Below, piece by piece: positions 21,409 through 32,490 of a stretch of 64,000 nucleotides of DNA. The stretch comes from Takakia lepidozioides. Lineage: Eukaryota > Plantae > Bryophyta. The notes under the pieces were generated by a model. It was not told the DNA's origin. It made no database searches and saw only the letters and a program-made list of their open reading frames with translations. Location of the stretch: contig CM060733.1 in NCBI GenBank assembly GCA_030704615.1, forward strand, positions 49,972,001 to 50,036,000, in the 5' to 3' direction. Both the position numbers and the translations under genes were made by a program. Position 1 is the first letter of the stretch. Every line of letters begins with the position of its first letter.

Positions 21409-21689
21409 GCTGCATTCGCTCAAAGATCTCGCAAGCCTCCCCACCATTGAAACACGGCCTGCTAAGACCAAGAAAACATTTCGGGCAATCCAGGCAGGTC
21501 CCAACGTCATGCCACGACCAAGAAAACATTCCAGGCAGTCCGGGCAAGTCCCAAACAAATTGGTGACGAAACGTGGCGACGATGATGTGGCACTATGGCA
21601 CTCTACATCTGCTCTATGCTAAACTAAGTTGTCAAAATGAGTAAGCACAGAGATGGATGGCATTAGCAATCTTGTAATGGAAGGGGGGG

Positions 21690-22270
21690 TTGGTATTGCG
21701 TGAGCACAGAGTTAGGAGAAACGGCGTGAGCACAAAAAAAATCGCAGCGTGAGCAGAACCCACGGTTATGGGGCTAATATGTACATCAGCGGAAATACAA
21801 ATAATAGGCGGACATAGGGACTTTACTGCGCTAATAGGTGATACATCGAATCTGAATATAACTTGAACCTGAAGATCAGAATCCACATGCACCAGTCAGA
21901 TAGTTCGAACCTCTAGCCAAGTTCGCCGGCAAAAACCATTTTTTTTTCGCAGGCGAAACCCATTTTCTTGGTGGTTATTGGGGATGTTTTAAACACAATG
22001 TTACCAAATGCCACATTGTTTACGTGCCCTGATCTTTGAGTTCTGGCAGATATATTTGTGGGTCATTGTGCTCACGCGAGTTAAGCTTTGGACGATTAAT
22101 TTCATGAATTTTTTCGCGTGAGCACCGACAGTTTTCAGATAGTTTCGTAATTCTTACCGGTGTGAACGCATTTGGGTTTCGCAATAGTATATTCTTTAGA
22201 ATCTTCTGGAATATGCAGAATATTTCTTTGTGCTCGTCCGCTGACGTGAGCCTGCTCACATGCTACCCAA
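21690..22270. mobile_element. Probable old non-autonomous DNA transposon with subterminal GCGTGAGCA motifs
   Basis: Imperfect terminal inverted similarity (ttggtattgcgtgagc versus the reverse complement ttgggtagcatgtgagc) and repeated (G)CGTGAGCA motifs in both orientations. Confidence 0.4.
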
Positions 22271-22522
22271 TCTCAATGGAAGCGGTACCTGTGGTTGACA
22301 CCAATGTTGGTATGGTATCTTGAATTGGAAATACCATAAGGGTCCCGGTATGACGTGTTGAATTTTCTTAAGGCAGGTAGGTTTTCCAATAATGCAACCC
22401 CTGATTTTTCAAAGTATGAATCTGGTATGCATAGAGTGGTTTAAAAAAAAAATCAATCCGGATATGAGCAATGGTATCTGAATGTCAATAACCTAGAAAT
22501 ATGAACTCGGATATGGTATTAA

Positions 22523-23203
22523 CCCTTAAATTCCCAAACCCTTTTTTTACTTTTTACCAATTTTGGGTACCCAGCTGCAGTAAATTGACCCTAGAAACCT
22601 ACCAAGAATCATCCAGAGATTCCAGCCTTATAGCAGTGGGCCCAGCTCAGATAAGCATGACATACCAAAAAATGAGCCAAGTCCACCGTGGAAATTGTGA
22701 GATTATAACGGTGGCCCAGACCTCAACTATGAGGTCCCAAAGAAAAAGTGAGAAAGAAATTGGTTTGACCAAATCAAAACCTAGCTTTATCCAATTTTGC
22801 TTGCCCAAGACCCACCATTTCCAAATCAATAGTGGAGTGGCTATGACCCCACTAAATTGCAGGTCCAATTGATTTTTTCACTTATGGTTGCTTTGCATGC
22901 AATTACATAGGGGTTGAAATATCAAAATTGACAAGAGAAAATGTGCCTCCAAATGAAGTATTTTTTTTTCTACAAAATTTTTAAAAGCCAATGGTGGATG
23001 TGTGTATGTAATGCTAACACACCACAAGGTGAAGTGCTTTTTCTAATATTGCTAATTTTCTGCAAAAAATGGCCTTTGGAGTGCAATCTATTTTGGGCTT
23101 GTTTACCTATCACGTCAGCAGTCAACAAGCCCTTTTCAGGCCCAAAACATAAATGAGAGATCTGAGATATTTTTTGTAGGTCGTAGCTTTTGTTTTTTTT
23201 TCA
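22523..23203. mobile_element. Second copy of the piggyBac-like MITE, right end missing at an LTR insertion
   Basis: TTAA (22519-22522) then CCCTTAAATTCCCAAAC; colinear with 7730 to about 8400; ends where an LTR begins at 23206. Confidence 0.85.
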
Positions 23204-23205
23204 AT

Positions 23206-23810
23206 TGTTGTGCGCATACATATCGCTACACAACTACATCGCTGTCCAAAACCACACAACACATGTGAAAACCACACACTAGTATACCACTAGTCCACCA
23301 CTAGTCCAACCACTAGGCTGCCCACTATGGCAGTCACTAGTCCACACAATGATAAAGAAGAAGAATACAAGCATAATCTCATGCATATATAACCGCATCA
23401 CTCAAATACAAGTCAAGCCAAGTGCACCCCACGCCATGGGGAATCCACACTACGGCGCCATAGCTAGGCGCGGTGAGGCTTAACTCAAGAAAGATGAGCC
23501 TCCCACGTTTGCCGTGAAGATAACCACTCCAGGGCTTAAATATGCATTGACCCCTGGATTGACACTTGGGCCAATCCCAAATGTCAATATGTAAAAGCTA
23601 GCTATTTCCTAGGTAGTGGTAAAATAACTTGACAGCTGTCGTGCATACATATCGCTACACAACTACATCACTGTCCAAAACCACACAACACATGTGCACA
23701 CCACACACTAGTATACCACTAGTCCACCACTAGTCCAACCACTAGGCTACAACTAGTCAGTCACTAGGCTGCCACTATGTTGCCCACTATGGCAGTCACT
23801 AGTCCACACA
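23206..23810 (-). repeat. 3' LTR with internal terminal direct repeats (23206-23348 and 23637-23810)
   Basis: Both sub-repeats start TGT(T/C)GTGC, share catacatatcgctacacaactacatc...ccactagtcc and end ccacaCA. Confidence 0.75.
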
Positions 23811-26800
23811 ATCACCCCCCTAACTGGTGCTTAGGTCACTCTAAGTCCAGGTAGCCATAAGATATGATAGTGACCATAGCCTCACTAAGTCCTCCACCAC
23901 TGTCCCTACTACACTCAAACTCGATAGATCAAGAGGCCAGGTGCAAGAGTTGCCCCATCGTTAGTCGTCGTCTTGCAACCTGTGAACTTGAGCCTGGGAT
24001 CTCGTGTATTGACTCCTATGAGCTTGGCCTCCCATGTCTTGTTAGCTGCCTCTAGTCATGTCCATTGCCACTATCCCAAGCAATGTGGGCATAACCAATC
24101 TCCATCAGGAACCCTCTCAAGAGGTGGTGTCAAGCATCCCATATGCCAACCTCTTGAGCATCAATCACACAACAGCATGGTGGCTACCCCTTTGGCAGAC
24201 CCACAGAGCATGCACCTCAAACCTGCAGGTACCACTGCCAAGTTTGGGTCAACTCTGCTATCGACATTGGGAAGGTGACATGACGCATAATTACGCACAT
24301 GGTCTTTCCAAGTCATGCCATCCCGATCCTCCAAGATCAGGACTCCTGAGGGCAACACCTCTCGAACCCTCAGAATAACACGCCTTGCAGTGACATCCAG
24401 GGTCGTAGGAGCAGTCTGCTGCAAATAAACATAGACACCAGAACCTCCAACCCCATGACAATATCCTCCACCACGTATAGTGACATACCTCAACGTATCA
24501 CGGTGTTGTGCAATGGCAAGGTTCTCAAAAGCCATGGGCATGACTTTCTTGAACAACTTTGCACGCTGATTACATGCACGTACCTACACGTCCGGATCGT
24601 CAAGGTTAAGGACTTGAGCAGTGTCCCTACGAATGGCTGCAGGCACATTCGGCTCTCGGCCAAATAGAAGGAAATATGGTGAGAAGGAGGCAAGTGATGC
24701 TTGTTTGCTGAACCTATAGCCCATGGCTAACCAAGGCACCTGAAGATCCCAATCTCCGAGGTGTCCCTTCTGCAAACCATACTTGCGCAAACCCCTCTTC
24801 ACCGTCTGAACAACTCTCTCTGCCAAGCCATCGGCCTCAGGATGATCCCGAGAAGTGGTGCGGTAGTCTATCAAGGCTTTATCACACAAAGCCTGAAACT
24901 CCCCCAAGAACTCTCTCCCTTGGTCCGTGAGTACCTCAGCTGGAGCACCGAATTGACTAAGCACACGATCCTGGCGGCGGACGCATAGTCAGTGGCAACA
25001 GTCCTATGAAGTCAAGACTCCACTTGTAGCCCAATCCCATGATCGGAAGATGATGCAACTGGGGTGTAGGGGCGTTAAATGAAGCACGCACTTTGTCACA
25101 CACCATGCACCTAGCCACAAACTGTTGCACCTCTGTATGCATACCACGCCACCAATACTGCCCCTGCAGTAAACTGTGAGTGCGTCGCACTCCAAAATGC
25201 CCCAACTCCTTATGGGCATTCCGCACTAACCATGCACGCTGTGTGGGGTGAGGCACAATCCTCACCCGACCATCTTCCCATACTCGGAGCAGGTGTATCC
25301 CCTCCCACTTGAACCTCTTGGCTCGTTGCAGGATCCGATCCCTCTCCTTGGCAGTCACAGTGGCTGCCGTGTCTCCAGTATGGAGGTAGTCCAACACAGC
25401 CGAATCCTCATGTACATCTCTGGTACCACCTGGCTCATCACTAGCCTTAGGGTCCTCAGACACTCCGTTTACAGTCATCCCTGTTGTAGGTCAAACCCGA
25501 CCTCTCGATGCCAAGATACACAAAAAGGCAGATGCATGTCATCCCGGCACCATCTCCTCGTCCGTCTCACCATGCCACCGAGCTCCAGTGTCATCCTGCT
25601 GGCTTGTGCATGGATTGCGACTTAATCCATCCGCATCCCGATTGACCAAACCCGGTCGATGCACAACCTGAAAGTCATACTCCTAGATTATGAGTGCCCA
25701 CCGTGCAAGCTTCCCCGTAAGCTTGTCTGACTCCATCAACCACTTGAGTGGCTGGTGATCCATGACAAGGGTGAAGAGATTGTCGTATAGATAGCACCTG
25801 AAGTGTGCCACGGCCCACACTGCAGCTAAGGACTCTCCCTCATTTGAGCTATACTTAGCCTCTGCAGCATTGTTCGAGCGGCTAGCATAAGCCACTACGA
25901 ACTCTCTTCCCTCATCATCCACATGTATGAGCACCGCTCCAAGCCCCAGCATGCTCCAATCCGTATGCAGCTGAAAGGGACGCCCCCTGATAGGTCGTCC
26001 CAAGATAGCTGTCGAGGTCAACCTCGCCTTGAGCTCTTGAAAAGCTCGTTCCTGCTCATCTTCCCACTGCCACTCCTGGTCCACCTTGGTCAGCTTGGTT
26101 AGAGCCTTTGCAATGGCACTAAATCCCTTGACAAACCGTCTATAATAGTTTGTCAACCCCATGAAAGCTCAAACTCGGCTCACACCCGTGGGGCGTGGAA
26201 TTTGTGCAATGGCCTCTATCTTAGTCTGTTGTACCCCCAATCCTCCAGGATATATCATGTGACCCAGATACTCAATCCGGTTGTGGAAAAACTTGCACTT
26301 CCCCGGATGCAACTTCAATCCATGCGCTCTCAAGCGCTCCAATACCACCTGAAGGTGTCTCTCGTGCTCCTCCACCGTAGCACTAAAGATGATGATGTCA
26401 TCTATGTAGCACCGAGCAAAGTCCACCCCTGCTAGAATCCTATCCATGACTCTCTGAAACTCTGCAGGAGCGTTCTGAAGCCCAAATGGTAAGAACCGCC
26501 ATTGATATAGGCAATCCTTGTCGTGCTCATTGATCCCCCAGAATGTCGTCTTTTACTTATCCGCCTCCTTGATTGGCAACTGGTGATATCCGGATCGTAA
26601 ATCCAAAGTGCTAAAAACCTTAGCATGCCCGATGGCATCAAAGATCTCCTCTGGTGTTGGCATGGCATACTTATCGGACTTGGTCTGACAATTTACAGGC
26701 CGGTAATCACCGCATATACGTCTCTCCGTCCAATTGCCATAGACATCCTTCGTGGCTGGCATCACTGTGGCTGAAGCATACTCTCCACCAGAGAGCTCCA

Positions 26801-26860
26801 TCAAACCTGCCTCCCAGAGATCTTGAGTCCTCATCTGAATCAAAGACCTCTCCATGTCAC
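23206..26860 (-). mobile_element. 5'-truncated Ty3/Gypsy retrotransposon: RT-RH-INT with a C-terminal PHD finger, PPT and 3' LTR
   Basis: RT ([13 protein letters not shown]), RNase H (LHTDWS, DHQPLKWL), integrase (HPEADGLAER), PHD at 24071-24214, PPT taggggggtg near 23813-23823, LTR TG...CA 23206-23810. Many stops and frameshifts. Confidence 0.9.
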
Positions 26861-28288
26861 TGTATCACTGTATCTCCGAAAGATTGGCGTGATTATTTTG
26901 CACCTAAAAACATGTTGATTTGCTCTAGTCGATAACATCTTATGTTTTGGGTTTTTGAGGTATCGTTTTTTACTAAAAAGACATTCAAACCTATGATCTA
27001 GAGGTGCCAGGTGGTATATGGACAAGTGGTTGTAAACTCTAGATTTTGACGTCTAAATGTTTTCTCAAATTAAAGATTAAAATATCTAGTAAAGAATGTT
27101 TTTAATATTCAAGGATGGACTCTTTATCAAAAATGTTATGTATACTACTATCTATTTTTTTTTAAATAAATTGAAAGCAATAGACTCAAAATCCTTGGCA
27201 AGAGATGCATACCGGACTCTCCACGTCGCTAGGTCTTCCGCAGCTTGAATCTTGTTCTTGCTTTCGGTAGGCTGCAACACCTCTGAGGTCATGCAAGTGT
27301 TATGTTGTTGTTCATTTACGAGCGTTGTATTACCTGCTTCATCCCCAATGCAAGCCTCAAAATCACTGAAAGACATGCCCTGATCCATCCCAACAGAAAT
27401 TACAGTATCCCAAAAAGTACGGCCACTTAAGGGAAACCCCTGCAAAGCTTAGGGAGACCACTACTAAAGTTTCAATTCACTATCCAGTGAAGATATGGGC
27501 TGCTAGTATGAGGACTGTGAGAGTAAACCATTTAAGCATTGACACCAGCCACCAAACTAACAAAAGAGCCAATACACATTAACAAGGCATTTTGGAGTTC
27601 CGATCTGTAGTTCCAAAGCAAGAGCAAGTGGGCTGTAACACAATCATAATCGTTGGCAGAAGAATGATCCAGGTTAGAAGAAGCCGGCCCCATAAGAAGA
27701 AAATCACCTACCGAGATTGCATACACATAGCACGTACGTCCCTAAGAGCCTTCATGAAGGCAGATTGTTTGCTGCAAGGCCAAAGACTAGAATATTGCTG
27801 CAATCCGCAGCCGTAGCTCATTGAAGGAGCCGCACCCTACTGCAGCATAGGCGCAAAAATCTAATGCCATCGCCATATAGATACCCAGCTCTGTCCACCA
27901 TAAAGTTGCCGCAATACTGGTATCGTGACCACATATACCCAGACTTGGTATGGTATGTGTGGGGGGAATCCTAAAGACATACTCCCCTAGTATGTGTATC
28001 ACATGGGTACACCAGTTCTTTCGTACCCGACTGGTATGTTCTTCAATATATACATTCATACCTGTATTCCATACCTAGGTTCAACCAGGTATACCAGTCC
28101 AACACTGGTTGACACGACACTTGGCGTGGTGCTGGTGCCAACCGTGGCTGCTCTGGAGCGATGGTGGAAAGCAGCAAAGCCAAGGAGCATTGAAGGCAGA
28201 GTAGACGGCAGCTACGCATTGGGCCATGTCACCCTTGCTATGCATGCAGGCCATGAGGTGCAGCCATGTGCTGGTGTCCCTCACTCGT

Positions 28289-28294
28289 TATAAA
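28289..28294 (+). promoter_or_regulatory. Putative TATA box of DHAR
   Basis: TATAAA about 85 nt upstream of the first in-frame ATG (28374). Confidence 0.4.
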
Positions 28295-28373
28295 GAGGGT
28301 GCTGGTCGATTTGAGTTGTGGGCGTCTGAATTGTGGGCATGCTAACTTACGACGACAGCTTCACATTGCCCCC

Positions 28374-30774
28374 ATGTTTTCTCGTCCCATTTCTTCCTTA
28401 GCTTACAGTACTCTCTCGGGGAAAGCAATATTCACGAGTGTACCCGCCCGTCTTGTAGTGTTCAAATTGAACACAATTGCCAGAGTAGCATCACTGCAAG
28501 CTAGAGCGATGGCTAGCAAGATTGAACATGATTTGGAAGCGTTTGGAAAGGCCAAGTCAGGCTCCGGTAGCCCAAGCAAGGAGCGCGGGGACTGTATGTC
28601 ACATGAATCCTCTCATACTTACTACTCATAGCTTGCGTGTTGGACTTGTTGTTTTCGAAACAGTTCGATTGTGCATATGTACGATCTGACAGTAACTTGG
28701 CTACAAAGATTGGGGAGATGCATGTACTTAGCGGCTGTGAATGTGTGTTTCGGCAATCTCATGAGTATATAATATCAAGGTCCTTCGGAAAATTGAGATG
28801 CATGTACTTAGCGGCTGGATACTTGAGCTTTGTCGACCCGATTGATGTCACCCGTATTGTTCGTTTGGACCGTTGGTACGAGGACCGCTGTGCATTGTAC
28901 TGAGGTTTTTTTTAATTGAAACAAGGACTCTCTCGCGCTGATTGCAGGTCCATTTTCCCAGCGAATATACATCGAACTGGAAGGTAATGAAAAGGTCGGG
29001 CCGTACGGATATTTGTTAGACTAGAGAGCTGTAAGAGCTCATTACATAAGTCTGCAGCCAACATTGGGTTCACAGATATACTGTTTCGCTAGGTTGATGT
29101 TATTACGAGGTCTACATGGGCAGGCTGGTGGAAACAATGCATATGTACATATATGCTGCTTTTTAGATGCAGGCTCCCCTAGAATCGATTTGCGTGAGAG
29201 CCAATTTGCACCCTAATGTAGTTCCAACTGGTATTCAATTTCTCCAAAAGGTTATGGGATGAGGGGGGTGGAACTTTAGTCTTTTCGAAGTTAGTTACAT
29301 GCTCGTGTCCAGTCCTCAATGGAAGTTTGTACGCTCTGTTACCTGCAGAGAAAAAGTTGCCCTATGAAGCAACCTACATCGAGGAGGGACCCAACAAGCC
29401 TGACTGGTATGTGCTTGTAAATGAATTTGATATCTAGCCTTGTGATCTCAGATTAGAAGATGAGTATTGAAAGTTTGGTTTGAGCAATGGGAGATATGTT
29501 CTGATTATCAGCTTTCTCCATGGACTCGGATCTGTACCTGACATTGAGTGGGTGATCGGCACGCTCGAAGGTTTATGGCGAAGAACCCATCAGGCCTGAT
29601 ACCAGTTCTGCGTGATGGTGACATTTGGATTCAAGACTCCGATAAGATTGCTGACTACCTTGAGAAGAATTTCCCAGATACTTCCCTCAAGACGCCTTCT
29701 GAATACAAAGAACTGTAATTTGCTTGACCACCGTGGATACTAGTTGCCATTTCATAGTCGGTGCAAAAGTCTTTGGGGAGTAATATGCTTCCAGGTTCTT
29801 AGATGAAGGACTTCTGTAGACTTTACTTAAAAATGAGGTTCAACAGCATAGTAGATCAGGACTGCGAAATCTCAAGTAAAAGACAATGCTCTAACATGTT
29901 CATTATCCATGCACGATGTTTGTAGTGGAGGGGGTATATTCCAGGCTTTCACAAGTTGGCTGAAAAGCAAGGATGCGGATGATAATTCCAAGGAGGAGGT
30001 GTTGAAGGAGTTGTCTGCACTCGACCACCATCTCAGCCAGCATGTACGTAACCCCTTGCAACTTCCGCTACACCCCACCCCCCCCCCCCCCCCCACCACC
30101 TTTACGGGAATTTCTCTAGAGCCCTATGTCTCGGGGTACTATTAGTTTTGCCGAGATAGAAATTGAACTGCTCAAAATTTCAACGTTTTATATCCTCTGG
30201 CCGACTACCAGATGTCCAACCTCCTTCTACGTCCTTGGCCTCCCTCATTCACACCGCTCCTACTCTATGTACGCAAGATAATGGAACTGCATCTCTGCAC
30301 AGGGTCCTTTCATTGCTGGAGAGCAACCAACCGACTCGGATTTTGCACTGATTCCAAAGTTACATCACATGCGCGTCGAGTTAGATCATTACTACGGATT
30401 CAAAATTCCTAAGGAGTATTCTCACGTCAACAAGTACATTGAGGTAATTTGAACTCTCTCACCTCAACTTCTTCACGTCCTTCTAATTCTAAATTTCGCA
30501 GCTATCGAAATTGTGACAGATCAGAACTACCAAGCCTTGTGTAAAATTCCTTTAAACAAAGTGGGAAAATGAGAGCTGTCACTGTGCTTTAATCCCTGAT
30601 GGCAGAAACGTCATTACATGCTTAACAAAATCTGTGCAGCTGCTGGAGTCTCGCCCAAGTTTCCAGAAGACAAACTCACCGGACGACATGATCATAGAAG
30701 GCTGGCGGAAAAAATTCGACTTGCCTGCAAAGTCCATGGGCGCTCGGATTGAACAGATTGTGAGAAACTTGTGA
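28374..30774 (+). CDS. DHAR: Dehydroascorbate reductase (GST family, DHAR class), 7 exons
   Basis: Manual GT-AG splicing gives ...KERGD|CPFSQRIYIELE|EKKLPY...NKPDW|FMAKNPSGLIPVL...DSDKIADYLE...|GGGIFQAFTSWLKSKD...|GPFIAGEQPTDSDFALIPKLHH...|LLESRPSFQKT...IIEGWRKKF...stop at 30774. Catalytic motif is CPFS. Second in-frame ATG at 28509. Confidence 0.9.
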
Positions 30775-31867
30775 TAATGTGGTGTGCATGAGCGTTCATC
30801 TACTGAGAGTCAGATAGAAAACAATACAATGTTGGAGTGCTCAGTGTACGTTGCCGATTGATGTATACCACTATTTAATATGATACACTTCGAGTTATGA
30901 TGAGTTCTGTGCAGTCAATACTCAATACTCCTTCCTTAAATTGTATAATAACATTCTACATTTGCGTTGTTAACATGGTATAACTCTCATAGTCTCCAGG
31001 GCAAAGCCATAGTTCAGGTACTTTGGTAAATACAAGAGTTTTAATGATAGATGAGACAATTGTGCAAAGCTTTTCTTGGGTCGTAGCAGATTTGAAAGGT
31101 CTAGAAACAAAATCTGTAACACCATTCTTCCCCAACCTACACCATGACAGACAAGTAAAAATGTGCAAGTGAGACGCTCACTTATCAGAAACTACTTATA
31201 CACTGAATCTGCCAGAGAGTCTCGTGAAAATGGGCGTATATTCTTGCTAATATTCACATAGCAATGTCTCTGCACGCGTCTGAAAACATTCTTTGTTTCG
31301 TTGAAAAATGCCAGCTCTCAGTGGGTTTTTCCCTGCAACCTCCAGGGAAACATTCTTCAAATCTACAAACCAACCTGCTGAAAGGCAGTCATTGCCAACT
31401 CACCTTCTCCAAGTGTCTGCTCTTACACAAATATGAATCAACTCTTGATGCATGCTTACTTCAAAAAGTTCTGTGAGCCTTACTCCTCTCTCCCCTTGAC
31501 ATCCATAGCACCTAAACTCCAAGCAAACAAATATTGTCAAAATTGATAGGCTTCCTCCTACTCTGTAAACTTATACAATCTCATCCGGAAATACCTCTTT
31601 TTACAGTAATCAACCACTACCACTAAGACTCCCTTCCATGAAAATTCTCAAGAAACTGGCAAAATAATCCATGGCAATACTGGGCAATACCCCCTCTAGT
31701 TAAATTTGAAGCTAACACATTGCGGATATTTCCTCCTCATTTGAAATCCAAAAAAAGTTCCAAGGTACACAATCGCACATGCTGACTGGCTGGTCGTATT
31801 GCACTTACGTAAAGAACCTCATCACTTGTTTTCCTTTGTAGTTTGAGTACGCTTATCTGGACATATT

Positions 31868-31927
31868 TAGGGTAAGTACGTTATACTTTGGGGAGTACGC
31901 TATACCCAAAGTGTAATGTACTCCCTA
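31868..31927. repeat. Short imperfect inverted repeat (hairpin or mini-MITE)
   Basis: agtacgttatactttggg (31875-31892) pairs with cccaaagtgtaatgtact (31905-31922); outer tagg...ccta. Confidence 0.55.
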
Positions 31928-32217
31928 CATCCATAAGCCCGCCCTCCGGTCCCTCGCAGCTCACCCCGTGTATATACTATACAGGGTTAAGAATATGGGC
32001 GATCGATATGGGATAAATCGCGCCCAATCAGATTGCGCTAGATACAACGCAGGACCTATTCGCATCTTTAAGCAGGTAAAGCCTCGCCCCTCGGCCACTA
32101 TGTGGTCCTCGGCCCTAAGTCTGGGGCTGCGCCCTCGACCTGGCCTCGAACCACGTAATGGCCTCATGGCGAGGTTTTACCCTTCACAAATGCAACATCA
32201 CCATTTAATAGATGATA

Positions 32218-32490
32218 CTAGGGTAGCATGTGCCGTTGGCCCAAATGTCCAGGCCCAAATGCAACCTCTAGGGTAGCCTTTGGCCCAAGTGTCGAGTGTC
32301 ATCTAAGTCCAAGTGCAATCTCCTCTTCTATTCATGTAACCAAGTGCATCTCCCGTGTATAGGCCCAAGTGTCCAGTGTCATCTAAGTCCAAGTGCAATC
32401 CCCTATGTATCAAAGTGCATCTCCTATGTCGAGGCCTGAATGCAACCTTTAGGGTAGTCCTTACCGTTGGCCCAAGTGTCCAATGTCATT
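32218..32490. repeat. Cluster of short degenerate direct repeats
   Basis: ggcccaagtgtc(g/c)agtgtcatctaagtccaagtgcaatc at 32282 and 32362, partial copies at 32238 and 32469; tgcaacct(c/t)tagggtag twice. Confidence 0.7.

Noticed and set aside
14662-21622. Duplicated small ORFs (MDVDSPEQ..., MSASASLS..., MEPRTPG...)
   Set aside because: They are simply the two LTR copies read in various frames.
23270-23810. Short ccactagt repeats, and the 32.2-32.5 kb repeats, as a CRISPR-like array
   Set aside because: No constant repeat with unique spacers, eukaryotic context, and explained as LTR or transposon sub-repeats.
27150-28290. Chain of short minus-strand ORFs that look like a decayed gene
   Set aside because: No motif I can identify with confidence. 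A BLASTX search would be needed.
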